Source: Naegleria gruberi
Lineage: Eukaryota
Length of the DNA: 64,000 nt
Direction: 5' to 3' (one strand)
NCBI GenBank assembly: GCA_000004985.1
Contig: GG738865.1
Numbering within the stretch: the first letter of the stretch is position 1; every line of letters starts with the position of its first letter. Made by a program: the position numbers and the translations under genes. Under the pieces are notes generated by a model that made no database searches, was not told the DNA's origin, and saw only the letters and a program-made list of their open reading frames with translations. Positions 47,040 through 57,256 of this stretch are shown here, piece after piece.

Positions 47040-47615
47040 TTATCTGTTAGCCTTGGAGACTCTTTCAACTTCATCCTTCTTCTTAATAGCATAAGAGTTT
47101 GGTGACATCTTAGCACAGTTGATGATTTCATCAGCCAAACATTCAGCCAAAGACTTGATGGTTCTGAAAGAAGCTTCACGAGAACCTTGAGTAATCAAGT
47201 AGATAGCAACGTTAACTCTTCTCAATGGGGAAACGTCGACAGCTTGTCTTCTGACAACACCAGCAGTACCAATTCTGGTGGAGTCTTCTCTTGGACCACC
47301 GTTTTGGACAGCATCAACCAAAATTTGGAGTGGGTTTTCCTTGGTCATGATGTGGATCAATTCGAAAGCGTGCTTGATAATTCTGACAGCCAACAACTTC
47401 TTACCGTTGTTTCTACCGTGCATCATCATTGAGTTGACGAGTCTTTCAACGATTGGGCAGTGTTGCTTTCTGAATCTCTTGACGTTGTATCTACCAGCAG
47501 AGTGTGGCAAATATTGAGCGTGTTCAGGAGAAGAAGCAATGTAATCCTTCAAGGAGAGATCCTTGACTTCAATGTTTTGGTATGACCACTTGCCGAACAA
47601 TTTGACGGAGGACAT
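47040..47615 (-). CDS. RPS5: 40S ribosomal protein S5 (uS7), 191 aa, apparently a single exon
   Basis: The translation is near-collinear with human RPS5. Shared motifs include KLFGKWS and YLPHSAGRY. Another is [29 protein letters not shown]. The C-terminal half carries [31 protein letters not shown] followed by [19 protein letters not shown]. The locus is visibly GC-richer than its surroundings. Codons are C/G-ending and yeast-like optimal (TTG, AAG, AGA, GGT, GCT, CCA, TCC, ACC), as expected for a highly expressed gene. Confidence 0.95.
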   Translation of the reverse strand: MSSVKLFGKWSYQNIEVKDLSLKDYIASSPEHAQYLPHSAGRYNVKRFRKQHCPIVERLVNSMMMHGRNNGKKLLAVRIIKHAFELIHIMTKENPLQILVDAVQNGGPREDSTRIGTAGVVRRQAVDVSPLRRVNVAIYLITQGSREASFRTIKSLAECLADEIINCAKMSPNSYAIKKKDEVERVSKANR

Positions 47616-48245
47616 CTTTTGACGATTTTTTTTTCAACAAAGTTTTAAAATTTTAGTGGTTGAGTAATATTTTTACTTGTTACAACGAATTTTTTTCTCG
47701 CCACAACCAAACACCGATGAAAGAAACAAGCAAAAAGCCTTGCCACATAAACATTTACCAACTGGCGACTCTCGTGGTGAAAAACTAGTTGTTGTTTACT
47801 GAATGTACAATTGTGAGAAAATGGTTTACGACAAATATTCGGAGCAACATCTTTGATTATTAAAACAACAAGTAAGAGTGTATAAAGAGGCCTAACTTTA
47901 AAACTAGTCAGGCTACAGTTAAGAATAATTTCGGATCCGAGTATTATTGAATAATTACTAATAAGATAGATAGTTTGTTAGGAACATGCTCAAACATCAA
48001 CTTTTTATTGGAGTAATATCAAATAATTGATGATTGAATTTAATATTGTATGAACGACTTGTTAAATTAATTGATGAATATTAGATACTTTTCAAGTACT
48101 TGAGCCTTGTTATTATAATTTACAATGCAAGTCATCATTATTTGATTGGATCATCAAAGTTTTAAAAAATACAACAAGTAGCCATTGGTACCAATAACCA
48201 TTTCAAACTCACACCTTTCAAACTACCCCACTTATAACAATTATA

Positions 48246-48914
48246 ATGGGTCGTCATAAAAAAGAAAAACCAAACGGAATACCAAATTGTAAAGAATTTA
48301 CACCTGCAATGTCTGAAGTGAGCACAAATAATTTCATTTTCTATAATGGCCCAAATAATTCCAATAATAATAATACAAACCACTCTTCCAAAACTAAAAA
48401 ACAAACAAATTTAATTAATAATCATTCTAATAGTAGTAGTAGTAATAGTAGTGGTAGTAGTAATCAAGATCAAATTTATAATTATCAAGCCTATCATATC
48501 AATAATAATATTACTACTGGTAATGTAGGTGGTTCAAGATCAAACCAAACTAGTCATCAAGTTAGTGAAGTAGTTAATAACTCTCTCAATAATAGTAATA
48601 CCAACACTACTAATGGTGTATCAATGTATTTACAAAATCCATATCTATTATATAGTATTATGAATTTAGGAAATAATCAATTAAATTTATCTAATCAATT
48701 AAAAAGTGATCAACCAAATCATAATTATTCATATATGAATAACTTTGGATTAAATACAACAACAACAACTAATACTGCTAGTAGTAACATTACTATGAAT
48801 AATAATAATAGTCAAATAACTAATAATACATCAACTCATCAAAAAAGTGAGAGTAGCGTATTTCCTTTGAAACTTGATATTGAGGAATTACTAAATTCAA
48901 TATATTTTGAATAA
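48246..48914 (+). CDS. Hypothetical low-complexity Asn/Ser/Thr-rich protein (222 aa) with a basic N-terminus (MGRHKKEKPNG)
   Basis: The ORF is from the track, with the ATG in an A-rich context. It shows host-like codon usage and homopolymer-rich composition. I recognise no conserved domain. It is transcribed divergently from RPS5 across a 630-bp spacer. Confidence 0.5.
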   Translation: MGRHKKEKPNGIPNCKEFTPAMSEVSTNNFIFYNGPNNSNNNNTNHSSKTKKQTNLINNHSNSSSSNSSGSSNQDQIYNYQAYHINNNITTGNVGGSRSNQTSHQVSEVVNNSLNNSNTNTTNGVSMYLQNPYLLYSIMNLGNNQLNLSNQLKSDQPNHNYSYMNNFGLNTTTTTNTASSNITMNNNNSQITNNTSTHQKSESSVFPLKLDIEELLNSIYFE

Positions 48915-49264
48915 TAGTATTTCAAAATATTATGAATATTACAAATAAGTTGATTATTGGGACTTATCATTCATTAATGTTCAAAACTCTAAGAAGCAAG
49001 ATAAAAATCGTGAATAACACGATCAATTATCAGACGAGGTTCATCACAGTTAAATAATTACATGCAAGACCAAAAATCATGCATGTCAAATTATTCACTG
49101 ACGGTGATGAAATTGATCAATTAAATAATGATCCCAAGATGAAGCAATAAATTGTAATACATTGTAATAACAATTTTCTTTCTGTCAATTTCTAAAGTTC
49201 ATTATTGGATAAACGTAATGAAGTGGTGGAAATAGGATAACAGTTTCAATATTTTATTCGAGCA

Positions 49265-49337
49265 GCCCCGCTAGCTCAGTCGGTAGAGCGTTGGACTTTT
49301 AATCCAACGGTCGTGGGTTCGAGCCCCACGTGGGGCG
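49265..49337 (+). tRNA. tRNA-Lys (anticodon UUU), 73 nt, no intron
   Basis: Cloverleaf checked by hand. The acceptor stem GCCCCGC pairs with GTGGGGC (one G-U). The D-arm is TAGCTCAGTCGGTAGAGC. The anticodon arm TTGGA-CTTTTAA-TCCAA has TTT at positions 34-36. The T-arm is GTGGG-TTCGAGC-CCCAC with discriminator G. There is no encoded CCA, and a T-run follows. Confidence 0.92.
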
Positions 49338-49348
49338 TTTGTAATTTT
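49338..49348 (+). terminator. Probable Pol III terminator T-tract immediately 3' of tRNA-Lys (tttgtaatttt)
   Basis: Seen directly: TTT then TTTT within 11 nt after the discriminator base. It fits the usual oligo-T Pol III termination signal. Confidence 0.4.
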
Positions 49349-49870
49349 ATACCAGAAAGTTGCTTTTGTTATTGGTCTAAAGTTTATTACAAATAGTTGG
49401 ATATCGATTCCCGTCCTTCATATAAACCAATTCCAATTTGTCTTCACCTTCACTTGGAAGCAATTCCTAGATCGAGATGCATCCACTTTAACTGTAATAT
49501 TGGGTTCTTTCAATTTGTAATAAAAAAATCTTTTTTGTTGGAAAATACTTAGTTGGGAATTTTTGAATTGTTAACGAGGTTTCTTAAGAGTTTCGATTTA
49601 CAAATAAAAAGTATTGTTGTGAATCTTTGAAATAAATGATTTCGATCTCTATCATTGAACTTTCTCTCCCCAAGTTGTTTTCTTTTTTATCTGATAATGA
49701 TTATCATTTTACAACAACCCATTCAATTGAGGGAGGATTTAACTTGTTAAAACATATAATTTAGAAAGAGTTAATTTATTATCACACACATATATTATTA
49801 ATTAAAAATATATAATTTGAATATATCACGAAAAGAATAAAAATATATATTAAAATTAAAATAATAATAA

Positions 49871-50799
49871 TTATAAATCATATAAATTAATATGACCAAA
49901 TGTATCAGTTGTAATAAATTGATTAATTTCAGTTAAATAATTTCCATTTGTAACACATGGTTGTTGTTGATGATTATAGGCAGAATGAATTAATTCAAAA
50001 TTATTTGAATTAACTTGATAAACTGAAAATTTGTTCATTCCCAATGAAATTAATAATTTCTTTTGTGGTTCATAAATAAAATCACCAATCATATTCACTG
50101 CTTTATCTATAAATGATATTAATGTTTTACCTGTTCTAATATCATGTACTTGAATAGATCCATCTCCATATCCTTTTTTTTTTATAATATAATATTAAAT
50201 TAATATTATATTATAAAAATAAAAATTAAAATAAATTAAATAAATATTAATAATAAAATTAAATATTAAATAATTAAAAATTAAATAAAAAAAAACATAC
50301 CTAAACAAACAGTAAAATCATCTAAATAAACATGAGTAAATAAATCATATTTACTTGTATCATAAACAAAAGCAGGTTTACTTGTATTACCTGTTCTAAC
50401 ATCAAAAACATGTAAAACACCTTGATCAGTAGTAGCAGATGCAACATTTGAATCTGAAGGATGAAATCTAACACATGAAACAACATCTTGACATAAATAA
50501 ACTGAATTTTCAGATTTAACTTGATTAGTTTGTATATCATCTACTAATTTACTAATATCAGTGACAAATACTTTTTCATCAAATCCACCTGATATTACTA
50601 ATGATTGATTAACTGGATTTATAGCAAATTGTCTAATTGTATCATGATGAAATTTAGGAAATATATCAATTACATTAATATCATTCAATTCTTCATTTAA
50701 TATAACAATACCTAATTCTCCATTAGCTGCTATTATTATTCTTCTAGGATCTTTAGGTAACCATTCTAAATAACGTAAATGTTCTTCAATTGGTTGCAT
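49871..50799 (-). CDS. WD40-repeat protein, about 271 aa, complement(join(49871..50172,50301..50799)), family not identified
   Basis: Exon 1 begins MQPIEEHLRYLEWLPK... and ends ..FTVCLG at the donor g|gtatg. The 128-bp intron is about 100% A/T and ends in (a)n ag. Exon 2 reads GYGDGSIQVHDIRTGKTLISF...INLYDL in frame. Typical WD signatures are present: GG-x-D-x-V, HP-x-S, G-x-L-HVFDVRTG and DGSIQVHDIRTG. Without using the intron, the frame would terminate as ..CLGMFFFI. Confidence 0.7.
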
Positions 50800-50859
50800 T
50801 TTTAATATATTTAAATTTAAATTTATTTATATTTGAATTTATATTATTTGAATTTATAT

Positions 50860-51465
50860 TTAATTATTATTTGAATTAAATGAATTATTTTCAATTCTAG
50901 ATAAAATTAAAGCATTTTTAGATAAAGTATTTTGATTTTCTGTACCCATCAAACATAAATAACCATTTGATGAATTATTAAAATTTAAATAGGGTGATAT
51001 AGCTGGTTTAGATAATCCTTCTAAATAATAATTTGAAGATGACATTGATGTTGAATTATTAAATATGGTATTATAAAATGGATGATTTTTAATGTCCATT
51101 TGAAAGTTTGGATTCATAATTGGTAATTTAGGTGTATCATATCCAATACAACCATATTGTTGTTGTTGTTGTAAAAGTGAAGATGATGTTGATGGTGATA
51201 GTGATTGTGGTGGTGGTGGTGGAGGTGATATCATACCACCACTTGGAGTCATTAATGAAGGTGATCCCATTGTTGTTGTTGTTGGATGAATATTATTACC
51301 ATTAGTACCAACAATATGTGTTGATGGTGGTGGTGGACTAAAATGTTGTAAATGTTGTGATTGTGTAGTAGCCATATTAGGATCAATGATTAAATTACCA
51401 TAGGCATCTGTCATTGGTTGTGTATTCATTTTTTTTATTTTTTTTAATGTGTTTGGTGACGTCAA
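50860..51465 (-). CDS. Hypothetical Pro/Gln/Ser-rich low-complexity protein (201 aa from the first ATG; an alternative A-run-preceded ATG lies at 51429)
   Basis: ORF from the track. It contains PPPPS, PPPPPPQ and QQQQQ runs and ends ..NSFNSNNN*. It lies 60 bp upstream of, and in the same orientation as, the WD40 gene. The spacer has no G at all, so no AG acceptor can link them by splicing as the sequence stands. Confidence 0.45.
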   Translation of the reverse strand: MTSPNTLKKIKKMNTQPMTDAYGNLIIDPNMATTQSQHLQHFSPPPPSTHIVGTNGNNIHPTTTTMGSPSLMTPSGGMISPPPPPPQSLSPSTSSSLLQQQQQYGCIGYDTPKLPIMNPNFQMDIKNHPFYNTIFNNSTSMSSSNYYLEGLSKPAISPYLNFNNSSNGYLCLMGTENQNTLSKNALILSRIENNSFNSNNN

Positions 51466-53941
51466 ATGTCAACAATTGGATAACATATTGGAAGTTTGTT
51501 ACAATGATGAGCAACATTTTGAATGAACTGTTCATAATATATTACCCATAGAAATGGAACAACAGTTGATCTAGAACCACTTTATCAAAATACAGTTGTA
51601 TTCAAGGTATTAAGCTCAGGAACTGTTTAACACCTTTAAATGATTCAACCTCAAAAGACAAACTAAATTCATAAATTGGATTACAAACAATTAAGTAATA
51701 ACAATAAAATTCAAATATATTGATGACTTGGGATTTTATTTATACATGATGATAAATGATTATTAGCAGAGTAAGGTTATGGGGATTCAATTTACTCTCT
51801 TTGGTAAATAGTTTGATGTTTTTATGAAAAAGGTTTAAAAGCTCTGGCAGCATATGCTGTCAATTTTTGTAATGAAAGTCATATGTTGACGACACGGTTG
51901 TGTTAAACATGATTCTTGAACCTTTCCTTTGAGAATTGGAAAATCATGACTCACTAAATAGCTTGACAAATTAAATCAGGAATATTTGAAGAGAAATTGT
52001 GATGGTTGTTTCCTTGTTGTTTGTAGTAAACATAGTGTTGGAGAATGCTAATAGCAGAGTACCAGGTTGGTAAGGATTATTATTAAGGATGGAATCTCTC
52101 GAAAAAATCAAAACAGAGTCTGTATGATGGATATTTTGGGGTAAGAAACTTAAGAGTCTTTTTAAAATCCAATTAAGCTTATTAAGATTTTATTTGCAAG
52201 GATTGATTCAAAAGAATGTAACGCATCACTAATATATATTGGATATTTCTGGCATATAATTACTCTCAATTACTATATCATTCTTAAAAATCTCATTACA
52301 AATTATGAGAACTCAATTTTTCATTTTATCATTACAAAAATCCAAACCTCAAAACAGTTATTATGAGGACACAACAGATTTTCCAATAGAGTGAAGTTGG
52401 AGGTTTTCATTGCACAATCATTCCAAGCATTAAAAATTCCTCAAACATCAACTGTTGTTGAAAATATTCCAGGATACAAATCTTATTGCTGAACCAACTG
52501 TTTCTGAAGAATCTAGTGCTCAACCAAATTTACCAATGGTTTTCCAAACGAATGATCAACAAGTCACCAGGTAAAATAAATTGTAATACTGTCAAATGCA
52601 ATTTTATAATCGTTAAATGGTTTGCAGAATGTATATCCGGAACATACCGTAAGCATTTTTTAACTATAACATATAATCACATATACTTAAAAGAGCGGTC
52701 CAGAATTGCTGAAGAAAACTTTAAGTGTAGAAGAACATAGCCAAATCATTATAACTGTAAAAATATCGATTTGTAAATAATCGTTCAAAAATATACAGTA
52801 TATGAATAGAACAGCTCTTGGAGTGTTAGATAGGAACTTAGATAAGTCTCGGATTGTTAAAAGGGAGCATGTAAATCGTACTCAACGGCGTATATACGGA
52901 GTACATACACTAACAATCAAATTTTACCACATATATGGGTTAATGTTATCGTATGTATTATCCCCTGATCATATTTCCCATCATTCTAAACTAAAATCCG
53001 CTTGTTTATTGATGATTCCTTCCTATGAATAATGCTTACAATGTTTCGTTATGAATTGTTACGTTGAATAGAACCAATCAGATAGCAGTTAATGTAAGTA
53101 TTTGGTGAAGTATTGTTGGAACGTGCATGAGTGTTTTGAAAGTGTACACCTTTATTTTAGATGAAAAACAACAAAAATGTTAAATTTAAAAGCTAAAATA
53201 AGAATATGGTTTTATTTTCAAAATATAATCTTGTTTTTGTAAACTTTTCATTATTCTTTCCTCTTCTTTTCTTTCTGTTCTTGCTATTTTTCAATCAAGA
53301 AGTATCAATTCTTCATATACTGTTTAGTTTGTTTTAATTTCATAAGCAATCCTTCTATACAGTGAATTTCTCTTGCAACGAAAATTTTTCAAGATGAAGA
53401 GATATCAATTTTTTTTGAAAATTCTCTTCTTTCCAAATCTCTTCCATCCTAATGCAACATCATGTCAACATTATGCTCTGGCACTTTCTGTACACTATCA
53501 AGAGCACCAACAACATGAATGAGAAAAAGCAAAGACTACTTCAACAACTATTAGAAAATTTCAAATGTTGTTTCCAGCAGTCGTTAACAGAGTTAATTTT
53601 ATCGAAATGGATTTTCTGATTTTATCCCTTCATATTTGAAAATTCATTTGAAGAATAATCAAATACGGAGCTTTTTGTAAGAAAATTACATAACAGTATA
53701 TTTGAGTCATCATTCGATTGAAGAGCAATTAAACATTTTAAACATCCAATTTACTCGTCTAAATCTTGGGAATTATTGTGAAATATTTGATGGAGATTTG
53801 AAGATGGTAGAGTATCTTTGAATTTGTGAATTATTCTTTATTTTACTAATAATGGTGGTGGTGGTGTATTATTATATCATTTTATATCATTGTGAATATA
53901 TTTCCATCTTCAACCATTTTGAATATTAATTAAAACAATCA

Positions 53942-54016
53942 ATTTAATAATAATTTAAAACAATATTTAAATTGTTGAATATTCAATAAAATTATTGTTT
54001 TAAATTATTATTAAAT
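53942..54016. repeat. Long near-perfect inverted repeat (hairpin). The 24-nt arms at 53942..53965 and 53993..54016 flank a 27-nt loop that itself contains the palindrome ttgaatattcaa.
   Basis: Verified by hand. The left arm ...tttaataataatttaaaacaata is the reverse complement of the right arm tattgttttaaattattattaaa. The central segment is partially self-complementary. Confidence 0.75.
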
Positions 54017-54060
54017 AACAAGTAGATTGATCCTTTAAGTTATTATTAAATAACAAGTAG
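54006..54060 (+). repeat. Direct repeat of a roughly 21-bp unit ttattattaaataacaagtag, two copies separated by 16 bp. A third, looser copy is near 54345 (ttaattaacaagtag).
   Basis: Seen directly. The first copy overlaps the right arm of the hairpin. Confidence 0.6.
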
Positions 54061-55564
54061 TGATGAGAACATGTTCTAAAATCAACAACAATATAATTCC
54101 AATTTATTAAACATAATTCATCCATGACTTTCAATTATTAAAATATTATTTTTCTATTAAATATTTATAGAATGATTCGAGTACAAATTAATAATTTTCC
54201 TCTAAACGTTAAATTCTTTGGTGGTGTGTATTTTAAATTATTTCATCAACACACACATTTTTTATTGCAATATCTTTCAAGTGTTGAGAATATTATTTCT
54301 TGTTTGTCGGTTAGTGGTGAATAAACACTCCAATGTTCAATTCTTGTTAATTAACAAGTAGTACGCATTGCATGACCTCACTCAGTCAACAACAATTTAA
54401 TGTCATCTCCTACCAATTATGAAAGAATATTGTGAAATATCAACTAGTTAACATACATAGTAAGTAGTGTGTGAATATTTAATTGTCATCAATCGATTGT
54501 TTAACCAACAAGTAATTTCAATACTTATTCAGAACATTATCATGATTACATTATTTCTTCAACTCAAGTGCAGCAGAACAACAACAGTCACATTTTACAA
54601 TAAATGTATCTACAGTAAAATACGAATCGTTACATTAATTGAAGGGATGACCATCAGGTTGAATACAACAACAATAATACTGTAGTAGAGAGAGTGAAAA
54701 GTTATTTAATTTCACACATTAACATTTAAGAAGAATACGAACCTGAAATGACATTTAAATTTGAACAACTTTCCACAATAAAAGTCAATATGATTTTCAT
54801 CTTGTTGAATCACCATCATCATCATGACAATGCACGAATCGTATTCTACACAACACATTCGCAAATGATGAATTTTGTCTTCATCAACTTGTCTCTCACA
54901 ATCTATCTGAACCATTCAAGAGGTTTCATATTTATACAAATGTCAACAATACGCCCAAATCGAATCTTTTTGCCATTTCCAAATAAAATCCATTGAACAG
55001 ATAAATACAATACTAACAATACATGGATTAAATGAAAATCATTTATTCTCTCTATCATGAATTCTTCATCATTCTTTACATTTGTAATTTATAGAGATAA
55101 TACAATTCAACAAATTATTGAGATTGTTTTTTTATAAGCCAATAATCAACACCATTAAATAAGGTTTCTTATTAAAGGAGTAAAAGAATATAGAAACTAT
55201 TATTCGATAGTAGTTAATAGAAACAACGACACTCATCCAAATGTCAACCATGGTGGAAGTAAGTGTGTACCTTAAAATTTGGAGCACTTGATAATTGGTC
55301 CTTTCTGTTATTTTAATGACCCGACATTTGATATTAAAAAATGCGATGTTTTTATTTTGGCAACTGCTTATCAAAATTCAAACGTTTCGAAAAAGAGCGC
55401 TTTTAATATTCGGTTGATGATACTCTGCCAACACAGCATGATTGGATAATAAAATTTAATATTCAAAAGAAAAAAACCAACCTAAACTAAAATTGTTGTT
55501 GATACTCAATCAGCATCATTTCTAAGATTGTTATCCATTCAAAACAAACTCTCCACAACACAAC

Positions 55565-57028
55565 ATGATGAATAATAATACTACTGCTGCTACTACAAGT
55601 GGTAGTAATGACATGTTCAGTTTTATTGAACCACCAACATTGGTGATTGGTAAAAAACCATCCACCAGTAATTCCAATTCAACACTGACACCAACTGGTT
55701 TATTGTTATCTTCACCACATTTATTCTTGATGGAAAATGATTTTCAATCACTTATTCAATCTACTTCAACTCCTACAAGTATTAATAATAATAATTTAAT
55801 GAATCATTTGAATAATAACATGATTCATACCAATAATAATGCTAATGCTACTACTATTTCATCGTCAGCATCTGATTTGGTGAATCATCACTTGTTCTTA
55901 TTACAAACACCAACTTCACCAACAACAATAACACCTATTATTAATACTTCAACTACTTCAACTTCAACTGCATTAACACCTACAAGTGCAAATAATTTAT
56001 TGATGAATAATTTTCTTTCATCATCAGGTGGTTTACTTTCACCTGATTTTGATCAAAATCCAATGCTTTCTAATAATCAATCAAGTACTAATACACCTAC
56101 CTCTTCAATGGGTAATCCTATTTGGTTACAACAACAATTATGTGATATCATTGATGATGTATTTCCAGAAGCTGATCAATTATTAGCTAATAATAATCAT
56201 GTTGTAATGGAACAACAACAACATAATAATAATAATGTTATTAATCAATGTAATGTTGCTGCTACAACAACATCTATTCTATCAGTATTATTAAATAATA
56301 ATACAAATACAAATAATAATAATAATAATAATACTATTATTTGTCATCCTAATCAACAACAAAATGTGTCACCAGTCAATAATTTATCACCAAATAATCA
56401 TGGTAAAACATCACCTTCTATTATTAATCATCAAACAATAACACCTATTATTATTAATAATACTCCACAATGTAATAATACTATGCAACAACAACAACAA
56501 GTATTTTCAAATAATAATATAAATACAAGTACTACTATTAAACAAGTTGGAGGAGGAAGTAAAAAGAAAAAGTCAACAACTAAATCCATTTCACCTACTA
56601 CTAGTACCATAACAAGTACAACTAATATGAGTACTAAATCATTCTTTAATACAAATATTGATCCATCTGCATTCTATTATGGTACTTCTGGTTTTTTGAA
56701 ATTCCACGACTATTCAGGTAGATTAAATACAAAGAAGAAGAATCATACATTTGCTGCTTCATGTGAAAAGATTCAAAAACAAAACAAAATGTTAAATCAT
56801 CATCATCACCAACCAATTATTAATAATATGAGTAATAGATCATCATCTATGATTTCTTCTAATAACAATAATAATAATATGATGATGATGACATCAGTAG
56901 CAGGTAATAATACTCATACTAATACTAATACTACAGGTACATCATTTCAAGAACAACAACAACATAATATTTATGATGAAATGAAATTTAAATCTGCTTG
57001 TCCAAATCAAGTATTTTACAAAATGTAA
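55565..57028 (+). CDS. Hypothetical Asn/Thr/Ser-rich low-complexity protein (487 aa) with poly-N, poly-Q and His runs
   Basis: ORF from the track, with the ATG in the context acaacATGATG. It shows host-like codon usage and I recognise no conserved domain. It lies head-to-tail upstream of RPC2 with a 228-bp spacer. Confidence 0.5.
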   Translation: MMNNNTTAATTSGSNDMFSFIEPPTLVIGKKPSTSNSNSTLTPTGLLLSSPHLFLMENDFQSLIQSTSTPTSINNNNLMNHLNNNMIHTNNNANATTISSSASDLVNHHLFLLQTPTSPTTITPIINTSTTSTSTALTPTSANNLLMNNFLSSSGGLLSPDFDQNPMLSNNQSSTNTPTSSMGNPIWLQQQLCDIIDDVFPEADQLLANNNHVVMEQQQHNNNNVINQCNVAATTTSILSVLLNNNTNTNNNNNNNTIICHPNQQQNVSPVNNLSPNNHGKTSPSIINHQTITPIIINNTPQCNNTMQQQQQVFSNNNINTSTTIKQVGGGSKKKKSTTKSISPTTSTITSTTNMSTKSFFNTNIDPSAFYYGTSGFLKFHDYSGRLNTKKKNHTFAASCEKIQKQNKMLNHHHHQPIINNMSNRSSSMISSNNNNNNMMMMTSVAGNNTHTNTNTTGTSFQEQQQHNIYDEMKFKSACPNQVFYKM

Positions 57029-57256
57029 ATTACAATAATTCAATAATTCAATGCAACTAAAAACAATGTACATAATAAATAGTTTATTCAATTTACAATT
57101 TACACTCATCAGCTACTTTATTCTCTTCATGTTATGACAAGTCTAATCTTTCACCAAGAATATTTTGCAGTTCTCTCATTCTCAAATAACAAACAACCAA
57201 GCCTTCAAAGAAGTGCAATTTTAAAATTCTAAAAAAAATTTGAAATTAAAAAAAAA

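Larger units (their letters stand above)
51466..55564. other. About 4.1 kb gene-poor, moderately complex region with no ORF above 84 aa. It may be a long regulatory region, a non-coding RNA locus, or a degenerate element.
   Basis: Elsewhere in the window, gene spacers are 37-630 bp. This stretch, by eye, has higher complexity and GC than the true spacers yet only short, composition-atypical ORFs. It contains the hairpin at 53942..54016 and direct repeats at 54006..54060. Confidence 0.4.

Noticed and set aside
46982-47517. ORFs 46982..47179 (-), 47187..47432 (+) and 47278..47517 (+) overlapping RPS5
   Set aside because: RPS5 on the minus strand explains the whole region with near-perfect conservation. 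The others are frame or antisense artefacts of its GC-richer sequence.
48162-48404. 80-aa minus-strand ORF overlapping the start of the 48246 gene
   Set aside because: It is antisense to a longer ORF with a plausible start context, and no homology was recognised.
48915-49870. tRNA-targeted retrotransposon (TRE/DRE-like) next to tRNA-Lys
   Set aside because: There are no RT or endonuclease-like ORFs, no poly-A tail or target-site duplication, and no terminal repeats within about 500 bp on either side.
50322-50540. 72-aa alternative-frame ORF within WD40 exon 1
   Set aside because: It is an out-of-frame shadow of the WD-repeat reading frame.
52486-55374. Small ORFs in the gene-poor region (52486..52740, 52802..53032, 54467..54685, 54712..54915, 54748..54996, 55132..55374)
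   Set aside because: They are short and have non-host-like composition (rich in I/F/C/H runs typical of random AT-rich frames). They lack an A-run start context or recognisable motifs. The region is instead flagged as a possible non-coding or degenerate-element locus.
51466-55564. snRNA, 5S or SRP RNA genes in the ORF-free region
   Set aside because: I searched by eye for the conserved cores of U1 (acttacctg), U2 (ggctaagatca), U6 (gatacagagaagattagcatgg) and 5S. None was present.
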